DNA of 64,000 bases from Lachnospiraceae bacterium. GTDB taxonomy: Bacteria; Bacillota; Clostridia; Lachnospirales; Lachnospiraceae. The stretch covers positions 10,870-74,869 of the forward strand of contig JAILHT010000003.1 of the NCBI GenBank assembly GCA_024695665.1. The letters run 5' to 3'. Below the pieces are notes generated by a model. The model was given only the letters and a program-made list of their open reading frames with translations. It did no database searches and had not been told where the DNA came from. The translations under genes and the position numbers were made by a program. Shown in pieces: positions 1-8,527 of the stretch (position 1 is the first letter of the stretch; the number at the start of each line of letters is the position of its first letter).

Positions 1-2280
1 GTTTTCTCTCGCCCCTACCACGGCATTTGCCGTGAGTGCAATAACCGGATAAGCCCGCTCCGGATATCGCTTATTTATCTCCTCCAATGTCTGTATACCG
101 TCCATCTCCGGCATCATATGATCCAAAAGAATGAGATCAAAATTTTCCTTCTCCAACTTTTCAAGAGTCTCCTGCCCGCTCATAGCGGTCGTTACCTGAA
201 CCTTTGTCTTTTTCAACAAAAGTTCTGCCAATTTCAGGTTCGTCTTGTTATCATCAACCACAAGAATTTTGACGTCCGGCGCGGTGAAGCTTTCTCTGTA
301 AGCCTCCCTTCCCTTAAATGATTTTTCAACACGCTTCTCAAAATCACCTATGGCTTCCTTCCTTACTACTCTCTGAGGAACTGTAACCGTAAAGCAGCTT
401 CCTTTTGTATACTCGCTCTCAACGGTTATTTTTCCGTTCATCAATTCCGCAAACTTTGCAGATATTGCAAGTCCCAGCCCGGTTCCTTCTATGTGAGCAT
501 TTGCTCTCTCATCAACCCTAGTGAAGGCATCAAAAAGATATGGAATATCTTCCTTTTTTATTCCCTTTCCGGTATCCGTCACTTTTATTATCAAGTCTAT
601 TTTTCTATGCTCTGTAAATACTTTATCCACGGACATGGTGATGCTTCCTTTTTCCGTGTATTTGATGGCATTATTTACAATATTAATTATTATCTGCCTT
701 AGCCTGATTTCATCCCCGTAAAGATATTCCGGTATCTCTTCATCAACCTCAACCTTGAAATCAAGATGTTTTTCAAGTGCCTTCGGTCTGAGCGTGGAGA
801 TTACTCCGTCCAGAGTGGAGCTTAACTCATACTCCACAGGCATAATTTCCATCTTTCCTTCCTCAATCTTTGAAAAATCCAAAAGATCGTTTATAAGTGC
901 CAAAAGCAGGTTGCCGAGGTTCTCGATATCATATGCATAATTCTTTATATTTTCTTCGCCGGACTCTCTGAGTATCATCTCATTCATTCCGAGCACACCA
1001 TTTATCGGGGTTCTGATCTCGTGTGACACCTGTGCTAGGAAGTTGCTCTTCTGCTCTCCCACTTTTATCTTGTTCGAGCGGTCAACCTCTGTCTGGATGA
1101 ATCTTATCGTACCATCATAGACGGACATCAAAACATAGACAGACAATCCGCATGCCATGACAACTCCTGTGTGATTTGCCATTCTGGTAAACATAAAAGC
1201 AACCTCAAGAAGACATGAGATAAAATAAATCACAAAACCTATCGCCGCAAATGAATACTCCTCTATAAACCCGTTTTTAAACTCAATCGCAAAAGTAATC
1301 AAAATACAAACTCCACCAAGAAGCGCGACTGTGTATATTAAAGGCATAGCCTGGATAATGTCCACAATTCCCGCGAAGTGGAAAATATACACACCAAAAA
1401 GCACCAGCATAAGTATTGCTATGCAATAACTGAAGAAATATTGATGTCTCATCTTTTGTACTTCATTTATAAATATGATCTGAGAATATGCGATCATCAA
1501 AAGAAGCGTGATGGCCAAATATGACACCCATGACACATTCTTGAATAAAAACTGTCTTAAAATTGCCTCGAACAGAATAAAGGATCCCGTGTTTGTAAGT
1601 GTCCAGCCAAGGTTTGCTATGGACAAATGTCTCCTGAAAACGAATTTTCCAAGGACCTCACATATCATTGTTATTCCCAATCCGATAACATTTAACAATA
1701 CAGCTATTATCACTGTCGGGGCTTCTTTAGCCATTATTGCGGCCCAGACCTGAAGCGAATTTCCGTAGAAAAACTCTCCGACTATTCCGGTGTATACGGA
1801 ATCGCTGGACATCTCAAAAACCAACGTCTGGCCTCGCATCTCCTCATTAAGTGCAATGGCGTGATATCTGCTCGTCACATTGTTTCCAAGCCACTTGCTG
1901 TCGGATGTCTCATAGGAATACAATTGTTCTCCTGTATTCTTGTTATGAACATGTACAACCTGCCAGGCAGTCCAAAAAACAATTGTATCCGACCTGTTTG
2001 CTTCATCCGGAACATCAAGTTCCAACGTATATGTCTCACCACGATCGATGTCATCAAGAATATACGGGGTGAAAATCTCTGTCTTCTCCCCATCCGCATC
2101 TACATAATAAATACTGTCAGAGTATCTGATATCTTCCAGACTTAAGGTCTTATTCTCGTTAGGCAGAAGTGATTCTCCTATTGCATACATTATTATCAAA
2201 AACAATGTAAGACCAAAAAAACAATATCTGAACCATTTTGCCTGACGTTCAAGGTTTATCTCTCTTTTCATTAAATTCAT
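1..2280 (-). CDS. hybrid sensor histidine kinase / response regulator; the C-terminus runs off the window
   Basis: Absent from the ORF track because no stop lies in the window. My translation of the minus strand from ATG 2280 stays open for 760 codons. It shows a ~170-aa extracytoplasmic region, about 7 hydrophobic helices (7TMR-DISM-like layout), H-box SHEIRTPINGVLGM, N-box NNAIKYT, G-box GTGLGLAIS, then a receiver domain (ILVVDDNKTN...DLILLDHMMPEMDG). In-frame alternative starts lie at 2352, 2295 and 2271. Confidence 0.85.
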   Translation of the reverse strand, partial: MNLMKREINLERQAKWFRYCFFGLTLFLIIMYAIGESLLPNENKTLSLEDIRYSDSIYYVDADGEKTEIFTPYILDDIDRGETYTLELDVPDEANRSDTIVFWTAWQVVHVHNKNTGEQLYSYETSDSKWLGNNVTSRYHAIALNEEMRGQTLVFEMSSDSVYTGIVGEFFYGNSLQVWAAIMAKEAPTVIIAVLLNVIGLGITMICEVLGKFVFRRHLSIANLGWTLTNTGSFILFEAILRQFLFKNVSWVSYLAITLLLMIAYSQIIFINEVQKMRHQYFFSYCIAILMLVLFGVYIFHFAGIVDIIQAMPLIYTVALLGGVCILITFAIEFKNGFIEEYSFAAIGFVIYFISCLLEVAFMFTRMANHTGVVMACGLSVYVLMSVYDGTIRFIQTEVDRSNKIKVGEQKSNFLAQVSHEIRTPINGVLGMNEMILRESGEENIKNYAYDIENLGNLLLALINDLLDFSKIEEGKMEIMPVEYELSSTLDGVISTLRPKALEKHLDFKVEVDEEIPEYLYGDEIRLRQIIINIVNNAIKYTEKGSITMSVDKVFTEHRKIDLIIKVTDTGKGIKKEDIPYLFDAFTRVDERANAHIEGTGLGLAISAKFAELMNGKITVESEYTKGSCFTVTVPQRVVRKEAIGDFEKRVEKSFKGREAYRESFTAPDVKILVVDDNKTNLKLAELLLKKTKVQVTTAMSGQETLEKLEKENFDLILLDHMMPEMDGIQTLEEINKRYPERAYPVIALTANAVVGAREN

Positions 2281-2441
2281 ATGGCCGTTGTCCATCCTCA
2301 GTATTTCGGCATCATACTGCCTGCGTATCAACAATCCGTTATTTGCAGGCATAATTTGTCGTCTCAAATCAAAAAAATTCTGCTATAATAAAAAAGCTCA
2401 TAATCAAGAGTAATTTTACCATATTATTAAGGGGAACTACA

Positions 2442-3683
2442 ATGAATAAAAAAGAGGTTTTAGAGATTAAGCGAAGACTCACAAAGGACGGTTGTACATT
2501 CACTAGAATGTGCGGTTGTTATGTCAACTCTTCCAAAGAGATGGTTGTAAAAATAAACCAGAACTTTCTCAATCTCGAAGAAGAAGAATTCTATAAATAT
2601 CTTGAGATATCCAAAAAAGTATTATCGGGTACCGTTGGAAACAACATCCTAACTCTCCCGTTTCCTACCGATGAAGAACAACCGGGAGGAAGACAGCAGT
2701 TTTTACTTGGATTAAGACAGTCTGAGCTCAAAAATGACGATCTTTTGGACAGATTCTATGAGCTTATCATCGAAAACTTCGACTATGTCGGCAATTATCT
2801 CATTCTTTTGTTTCATGACAATTATGATGTTATGACAAAAACCTCCGACAACAACAAACTCGATGAATCTGAGGAAGTATTTGAATATTTACTCTGTGCA
2901 ATATGTCCTGTAACACTTTCAAAGCCCGGACTGGGCTACAGAGAAGATGAGAATACCATCGGTCTTCGCGTTCGTGACTGGGTGGTAGGGCTTCCTGAAA
3001 ACGGTTTTGTATTCCCTGCTTTCAATGACAGAAGCACGGATATTCACTCAATCATGTACTACTGCAAGAATCCTAAAGATCCGAATGCCGCATTTATGGA
3101 AGCCGGATTGGGATGCGAATCACAGAGGACGGCGACCGAGAAAAAGAACGCATTCACCGATATAGTTCGCTCATCCTTCTCCGACGAGGAAAAAGCAGAT
3201 GTCGCTTTGACCGACCTCACCCAGGCTATAAAAGATTATGTAGATGAAAATACCGATGAAACCGACTCCGAGGCAGCCCCTGTGGTTTTGGACACGCAGA
3301 CCTTCAAAGCTCTTATGTCAGAGTCCGGTTTCGAGGAAAGTGTAAGCGAAAAAATAGAGAAAAAACTAGAGGAGGAATTTACAGACAATCCTCCGGAAGG
3401 TGAATACCTCGTTGATTCAAAAATACTCGCCATAGGCGAGCAAAAGAGACGTGAGCGTGAGCTCAGAGAAGAAGTTGCCGAACTCAAGCAGGAGGTTGAA
3501 GAAAAAACCATAGCACTTGAAGACGCAACTCTCACCTCTAAAACTTATGATGTTATTGTCCGTGTAAAACCGGAAAAAGTCGTTGAAATAAAATCCGACA
3601 CAATTGACGGGCGAAAATGCCTTATCATACCTATGGACGAAGACGAATTCCTTAATGTAAACGGAAAAAATACTACATTTTGA
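2442..3683 (+). CDS. conserved hypothetical protein, probably DUF4317 family
   Basis: 413-aa ORF. The N-terminus (MNKKEVLEIKRRLTKDGCTFTRMCGCYVN) and ~400-aa size with an acidic C-terminal half match my recollection of clostridial DUF4317 proteins. GGGGA RBS upstream and an extended -10 (TGcTATAAT) near 2383. Confidence 0.5.
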   Translation: MNKKEVLEIKRRLTKDGCTFTRMCGCYVNSSKEMVVKINQNFLNLEEEEFYKYLEISKKVLSGTVGNNILTLPFPTDEEQPGGRQQFLLGLRQSELKNDDLLDRFYELIIENFDYVGNYLILLFHDNYDVMTKTSDNNKLDESEEVFEYLLCAICPVTLSKPGLGYREDENTIGLRVRDWVVGLPENGFVFPAFNDRSTDIHSIMYYCKNPKDPNAAFMEAGLGCESQRTATEKKNAFTDIVRSSFSDEEKADVALTDLTQAIKDYVDENTDETDSEAAPVVLDTQTFKALMSESGFEESVSEKIEKKLEEEFTDNPPEGEYLVDSKILAIGEQKRRERELREEVAELKQEVEEKTIALEDATLTSKTYDVIVRVKPEKVVEIKSDTIDGRKCLIIPMDEDEFLNVNGKNTTF

Positions 3684-4428
3684 TATCAAGTTCCACAGGG
3701 CAATGATCGGATCCGAAAACCTCCGTATGGATTTTCGAATCTTCCAATTTGTCAGTGAGCCTCTCTGACGTAATAAAATAATCAATACGCCAGCCGGCAT
3801 TCTTTTCACGCGCCTTAAATCTGTAAGACCACCATGAATAGATATCCGTCGCATCCGGATAAAAATATCTGAATGTGTCTACAAAGCCGGCTGCGAGAAG
3901 CTCAGTCATCTTCTGTCTCTCCTCATCAGTAAAACCGGCATTTTTTCTGTTGGTCTTAGGATTCTTGAGATCGATCTCCTCATGTGCCACATTCATATCT
4001 CCGCATACAATGACAGGTTTCTTTTTGTCCAGCGATATGAGATACTCTCTGAATGCATCTTCCCATACCATTCTGTAATCGAGACGTTTAAGCTCATTCT
4101 GAGAATTCGGAGTGTAGACGACCACAAAGAAAAACTCATCAAACTCTAAAGTGATAACTCTTCCTTCCTTGTCATGTTCCTCTATACCTATACCATAAAA
4201 TACATCTTTTGGCTCTTTTTTTGAAAAGACTGCCGTTCCCGAATATCCCTTTTTCTCGGCATAATTCCAATACTGATGGTATCCCGGCAGATCAAGTTCT
4301 AGCTGTCCCGCCTGCATTTTTGACTCCTGTATACAGAAAATATCTGCATCGGCTTCGTTCACATAATCAAGAAATCCTTTTCCGACACAGGCTCTTATTC
4401 CGTTTACATTCCATGATATAAGTTTCAT
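3673..4428 (-). CDS. xth: exodeoxyribonuclease III (Xth/ExoA family AP endonuclease)
   Basis: 251 aa. MKLISWNVNGIRA N-terminus, ...QESK..., ...DMNVAHEEIDL..., and C-terminal SDHCPV are typical of the ExoIII/EEP fold. Confidence 0.93.
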   Translation of the reverse strand: MKLISWNVNGIRACVGKGFLDYVNEADADIFCIQESKMQAGQLELDLPGYHQYWNYAEKKGYSGTAVFSKKEPKDVFYGIGIEEHDKEGRVITLEFDEFFFVVVYTPNSQNELKRLDYRMVWEDAFREYLISLDKKKPVIVCGDMNVAHEEIDLKNPKTNRKNAGFTDEERQKMTELLAAGFVDTFRYFYPDATDIYSWWSYRFKAREKNAGWRIDYFITSERLTDKLEDSKIHTEVFGSDHCPVELDIKM

Positions 4429-4443
4429 ATATATTTCTCTCCG

Positions 4444-6345
4444 CTAAATATTTAATGATTTTTTCTTGTTCTTTTTCATCTCATACATAGTGTCATCTGC
4501 AAGTTTTATACATTTCTCAATGTCGAATACCTCATCCGGATATACTATGGTTCCTCCGGTTGATATCGTAAGAGGAAAATCTATTTTGTCACTCTCAATG
4601 ATTTCCGAAAGTGACTCCTGCAGTTTCAATTCTATCTCGAGCATCTCCGCTTCGCTCTCACATTTTCCGGTAAGAATAAACTCATCTCCGCCGTATCGTA
4701 TCCCTAACCAATTTTCCGGCAATGTGTTTTTCACGACTTTACCTATAGTCTGGATAGCTTTATCACCCATAAGATGGCCGTATCTGTCATTTATTAGCTT
4801 CATCCTGTCTATATCCATCATAACAAGAGCGCTCAATCCTTTGTTTGTACTGTTTTCAACTATTTTAGGAACCGCCAGATCATTGAATCCGGTTCTGTTA
4901 TATAAACCGGAGACGACATCCGTGTACAGAGCCTCTCTTATCTGTCTGTTCATAAGTTCGATTTTTAAACTCTCATGAACTCTTCCCAACACCTGATTTA
5001 TGGTTCCGTCCCATGATATAAGTTTTCCGTTCATCACAAGATCTATGGAATCGATATACACAGCATAACCGTATATTTTTTCCATGTCGTGTAACGGTGT
5101 AAAAAGGTATGAATGTGGTCTTTTCGATGCCTTTTCATCAAACGGCAACAACTCATATCTGCCTATTTTTTTGACGGTCGGCTCCTGAGTATATTTGTCT
5201 ATATATATGCATGTATAACTGTCATATCCCAATGTTGTATCCAAAAACTCATGAGCTCCGATAGAAGTGAAATACTCGTCGGCAATGCAAATAAACTGCT
5301 TCTCGGATGTGACTTCGACGGTATTTGCAACAGTGTACTTCAGATAATCCAGAAAGTCTTCCATAGTGGCTACTTTTCGCACACTTCTGTTCATCTTCCA
5401 AATCTGCCTATCAAATTCCATCCTCTTCATGGAGGACATAAAATTGTTTTTCACAGCCTCATTTCTCTTAGTTTCGAATAAAGTTTTGTGCTTACATCCG
5501 CAACTCTCAGCTATTCGCATACAGCTGTCAAGTTTTTCTCTGAACGGTACTTCCTCGCCATCCATGATTTTGATGAGTTTTTCCATCCCGGCCATTCCAA
5601 GTTCTTTTCCCTTTCTGTCGACCGTTGTAATCGCCGGCATATACTCATCACTGGACTTTATTCTGTCATATCCTGTGACGATACAGTCGTCCGGAACCTT
5701 GAGTCCGAATGCCTCTATAGCACCGCATGCTCCAAAAGCCATCAAATCACTTCCCGCCATGATAGCATCGGGAACCTCACTATGATTTTTCAGGTACATA
5801 GAAACCATATCAAAAGCTTTGTAGTATGACCAAAGACATTGAACTACATCCTGCTCATCCACTCTCTCTCCGACTTCTGCCAATGCTTTATTTATTCCAC
5901 CCAATCTCTGAGTGTTCTCATCTCCGTCAAAACCGGCAAGATAAATAACTTTTCTCACACCATGTACTTCGATAAGATGCTTTGTCAGATTGTACATTCC
6001 TATTTCATTGTCCGTCTCAATCCCGGGGATTCCATCCAGATTCAGGTCCAAGGTAATCGCTTTTGAATTTGTCTCAAGGACCTCTCTTCTTAATTTTTCG
6101 CAAAGATAATCAGAATTTAAAGAAAATGAAAGGATATATACACCGTCAAAATCTTCAAGCTTCGGAAGATTGTATATAGCCCTCTCCCCGATATTTTCCA
6201 TATCGGTATTCTCCCAAAATGCAAAACTGGCAAAATAATACAAATCTATATCATTTTCCCAGGCAACCTTCTCTATTCCTTCCATTATTCCTGATATAAG
6301 TTCATTTCCGGAATAATCTGCAAATACCGCAACTTTTCTTCTCAT
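4444..6345 (-). CDS. diguanylate cyclase: cytoplasmic PBP-type-I (LacI-like sugar-binding fold) sensor domain fused to a canonical GGDEF domain
   Basis: 633 aa with no signal peptide or TM segment. The N-terminal ~290 aa resemble periplasmic-binding-protein-like I folds. The C-terminus carries DIDRMKLINDRYGH and RYGGDEF. Confidence 0.8.
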   Translation of the reverse strand: MRRKVAVFADYSGNELISGIMEGIEKVAWENDIDLYYFASFAFWENTDMENIGERAIYNLPKLEDFDGVYILSFSLNSDYLCEKLRREVLETNSKAITLDLNLDGIPGIETDNEIGMYNLTKHLIEVHGVRKVIYLAGFDGDENTQRLGGINKALAEVGERVDEQDVVQCLWSYYKAFDMVSMYLKNHSEVPDAIMAGSDLMAFGACGAIEAFGLKVPDDCIVTGYDRIKSSDEYMPAITTVDRKGKELGMAGMEKLIKIMDGEEVPFREKLDSCMRIAESCGCKHKTLFETKRNEAVKNNFMSSMKRMEFDRQIWKMNRSVRKVATMEDFLDYLKYTVANTVEVTSEKQFICIADEYFTSIGAHEFLDTTLGYDSYTCIYIDKYTQEPTVKKIGRYELLPFDEKASKRPHSYLFTPLHDMEKIYGYAVYIDSIDLVMNGKLISWDGTINQVLGRVHESLKIELMNRQIREALYTDVVSGLYNRTGFNDLAVPKIVENSTNKGLSALVMMDIDRMKLINDRYGHLMGDKAIQTIGKVVKNTLPENWLGIRYGGDEFILTGKCESEAEMLEIELKLQESLSEIIESDKIDFPLTISTGGTIVYPDEVFDIEKCIKLADDTMYEMKKNKKKSLNI

Positions 6346-6386
6346 TGTAACCCCGCCCCCACTGGATTATATTGTGTTTTTATTAT

Positions 6387-6433
6387 AAAAAAAGAACCAA
6401 AACATACTAATTAATGTTAGCATGTTTTGGTTC
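6387..6433 (-). terminator. rho-independent terminator downstream of htrA
   Basis: 12-bp perfect stem GAACCAAAACAT / ATGTTTTGGTTC followed on the minus strand by a 7-nt U run (A run 6387-6393 on plus). Confidence 0.75.
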
Positions 6434-6462
6434 TTTATGCAATTTTTATGAGCCATTTTAAT

Positions 6463-7875
6463 CTAATTATTAAATGCTCCAAAAGGATCTGTCTCTGTGC
6501 TTCCACCATTGTTGGCTTCACCGTTGTCATCGGAATCATCCTCTCCGGGTTTTCCCCCTTCTGGTTCACTTCCCGACCAAGGCTGTTCCTTATCACTTGA
6601 AGGTCCCTCTGCCTGCGATGATGAATCATCGTCGGAGTCTTCTGACTCTTCTGTCGTCTCTGACTCAGAATCGGTAGAGCTGGTCAAAGTTACACTGTAT
6701 TCACTTGACTCGTATGTACCGTTATTGTTGACCCATACTGTGAGTGTGACAACATCTCCCACTGCGTGAGCTGTAACTTTCTCTTTCAATTCCTCCATTG
6801 TAGAGACATCCTCACCGTCTATCTGAGAGATAACCATTCCGGATGTAAGTCCGGCTGCCTCAGCACCGCTTCCCTCGACAATGTTTGCAATATATACACC
6901 CTCCGGCATATTATAAGTAACTGCAACATCTGAAGATACCGCAACACCATAGATTCCAAGGTATGCTGTAGGTGTTTCCTCTACATATCCGTTCTGGATA
7001 AGTTCTTCAAGAATAGGTTTCGCTGTTGAGATAGGTATTGCAAATCCCATTCCTTCAACCGAAGTATCCGAATACTTTGATGAGTTGATACCGATAACCT
7101 CACCGGTCTCATTCAAAAGCGCTCCACCACTGTTTCCCGGATTTATCGCTGCATCTGTCTGAATGAGATAACTTGTGGTTTGCTCTCCGGTTGTCTCATC
7201 TGTAGATGTGACTTCACGATTGAGTGCGCTTATTACTCCTGTTGTAACCGACTGTCCGTATCCTAAGGCATTTCCGATTGCTATAGCCGAATCTCCTACG
7301 GAAAGCGAATCCGAATCACCCAAAGTAGCTACTGCTATAGCATTCAATGTATCCTCGCTCAAATCTTCGAGTTTTACCATTATTACAGCAAGATCTGTGC
7401 TTGCATCAGTTCCTCTGACCTCAGCTGTCGCAGTCGACTCGTCGTTGAACTGAACCGTAACTGTCTGTGCGCCTTCAACAACATGATTGTTTGTTGCAAT
7501 GTAGAGATATGTGTCGTCCTGCTTTATTATGATTCCGCTTCCAGCACCTTCCGACTCATATTCCATCGTCTGGCCGAAAAAGCTCTGCACCTCCTCGATG
7601 CTCATTGTTGTGATTGCAACTATACTTGGCATTACACTGTCCACTACATCAGATATATTTGTCGATGTGACAGTGGCACTTGTTGTAGTAGCCTGTATTG
7701 TATTTGATGAAGATGTTGTATCTTCTGCCTCGCTCTCTGCAGTCTGCGTCGTGCTTCCCGTAAGTTTCGATAATGCGTAGGAACTTCCTTCAAATCCGAC
7801 TCCTGCCACAAGACCAAAAACCAAAGCTAAAGCCGCACACTTCGTGAGCTTTGAACCGAAACTTGTTTTACTCAT
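6463..7875 (-). CDS. htrA: HtrA/DegP-family serine protease with PDZ domain and a long acidic C-terminal tail
   Basis: 470 aa. N-terminal TM anchor, catalytic motifs TNNHVV / DLAVI / GNSGGAL, a PDZ region, then ~75 aa of D/E/S-rich low complexity. Confidence 0.9.
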   Translation of the reverse strand: MSKTSFGSKLTKCAALALVFGLVAGVGFEGSSYALSKLTGSTTQTAESEAEDTTSSSNTIQATTTSATVTSTNISDVVDSVMPSIVAITTMSIEEVQSFFGQTMEYESEGAGSGIIIKQDDTYLYIATNNHVVEGAQTVTVQFNDESTATAEVRGTDASTDLAVIMVKLEDLSEDTLNAIAVATLGDSDSLSVGDSAIAIGNALGYGQSVTTGVISALNREVTSTDETTGEQTTSYLIQTDAAINPGNSGGALLNETGEVIGINSSKYSDTSVEGMGFAIPISTAKPILEELIQNGYVEETPTAYLGIYGVAVSSDVAVTYNMPEGVYIANIVEGSGAEAAGLTSGMVISQIDGEDVSTMEELKEKVTAHAVGDVVTLTVWVNNNGTYESSEYSVTLTSSTDSESETTEESEDSDDDSSSQAEGPSSDKEQPWSGSEPEGGKPGEDDSDDNGEANNGGSTETDPFGAFNN

Positions 7876-7991
7876 TTTTATTCTCCTTTCAACTCAGGAT
7901 TTATTTCCCCTTGAGTTATTCCCTTGTATACTAAGAAGTATATTGAGTAATTATGTTAATTTTGTCTCAAAAATGTGTTTTAATTGTGAAA

Positions 7992-8525
7992 TCATTTTCT
8001 GTCCAAATAAACATCACTGACACAGGCTTTTTTCTCTTGCAGACTTTTTTTAACATCGAGAATTCTCTGATTGCTTGACCCTCTGAATTTGAGCATCAAT
8101 TCCTTCTTATCCTCCTCGAATTCACCGTCCACAAGGATATCTAAAAGAGACAGCATCTCCTCTGTAACTTCACAATGAGCTCTGCTGTCTCCATTGATTT
8201 CTTCCCATGTATATCCGGAATAACACCATATGTTTTTGTCCGGGAGTTCATTTCTCACACGTCTTAAAAGGCCTACCAAAACCCTCTCATTCTCAGGTTC
8301 GAACGGCTCTCCCCCGAGCAGTGTCAAACCGTTTATATATGAAGGTTTCAGGGCCTCTATTATAGAATCCTCTGTCTCTTTTGTATATAAAAGACCATAA
8401 TTGAAATCCCATGTCATGTAATTGAAACACCCTTTACAATGATGGGTACAGCCGGACACAAAGAGGCTTACTCTCACTCCCGGTCCGTCTGCAATATCAT
8501 GTTTTTTAATTTCACCGTAATTCAT
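7992..8525 (-). CDS. nrdG: anaerobic ribonucleoside-triphosphate reductase activating protein (radical SAM)
   Basis: 177 aa. CTHHCKGC radical-SAM cluster motif, DGPGVRVSLFVSGC, typical NrdG length. The start lies 2 nt after the aspS stop. Confidence 0.92.
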   Translation of the reverse strand: MNYGEIKKHDIADGPGVRVSLFVSGCTHHCKGCFNYMTWDFNYGLLYTKETEDSIIEALKPSYINGLTLLGGEPFEPENERVLVGLLRRVRNELPDKNIWCYSGYTWEEINGDSRAHCEVTEEMLSLLDILVDGEFEEDKKELMLKFRGSSNQRILDVKKSLQEKKACVSDVYLDRK

Positions 8526-8527
8526 AA

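Noticed and set aside
3673-3683. An 11-bp overlap of the convergent 3' ends of the DUF4317-like gene (+) and xth (-), with no terminator between them.
   Set aside because: It is real in the sequence, but short convergent overlaps are common in compact genomes, and I see nothing suggesting a functional antisense mechanism.
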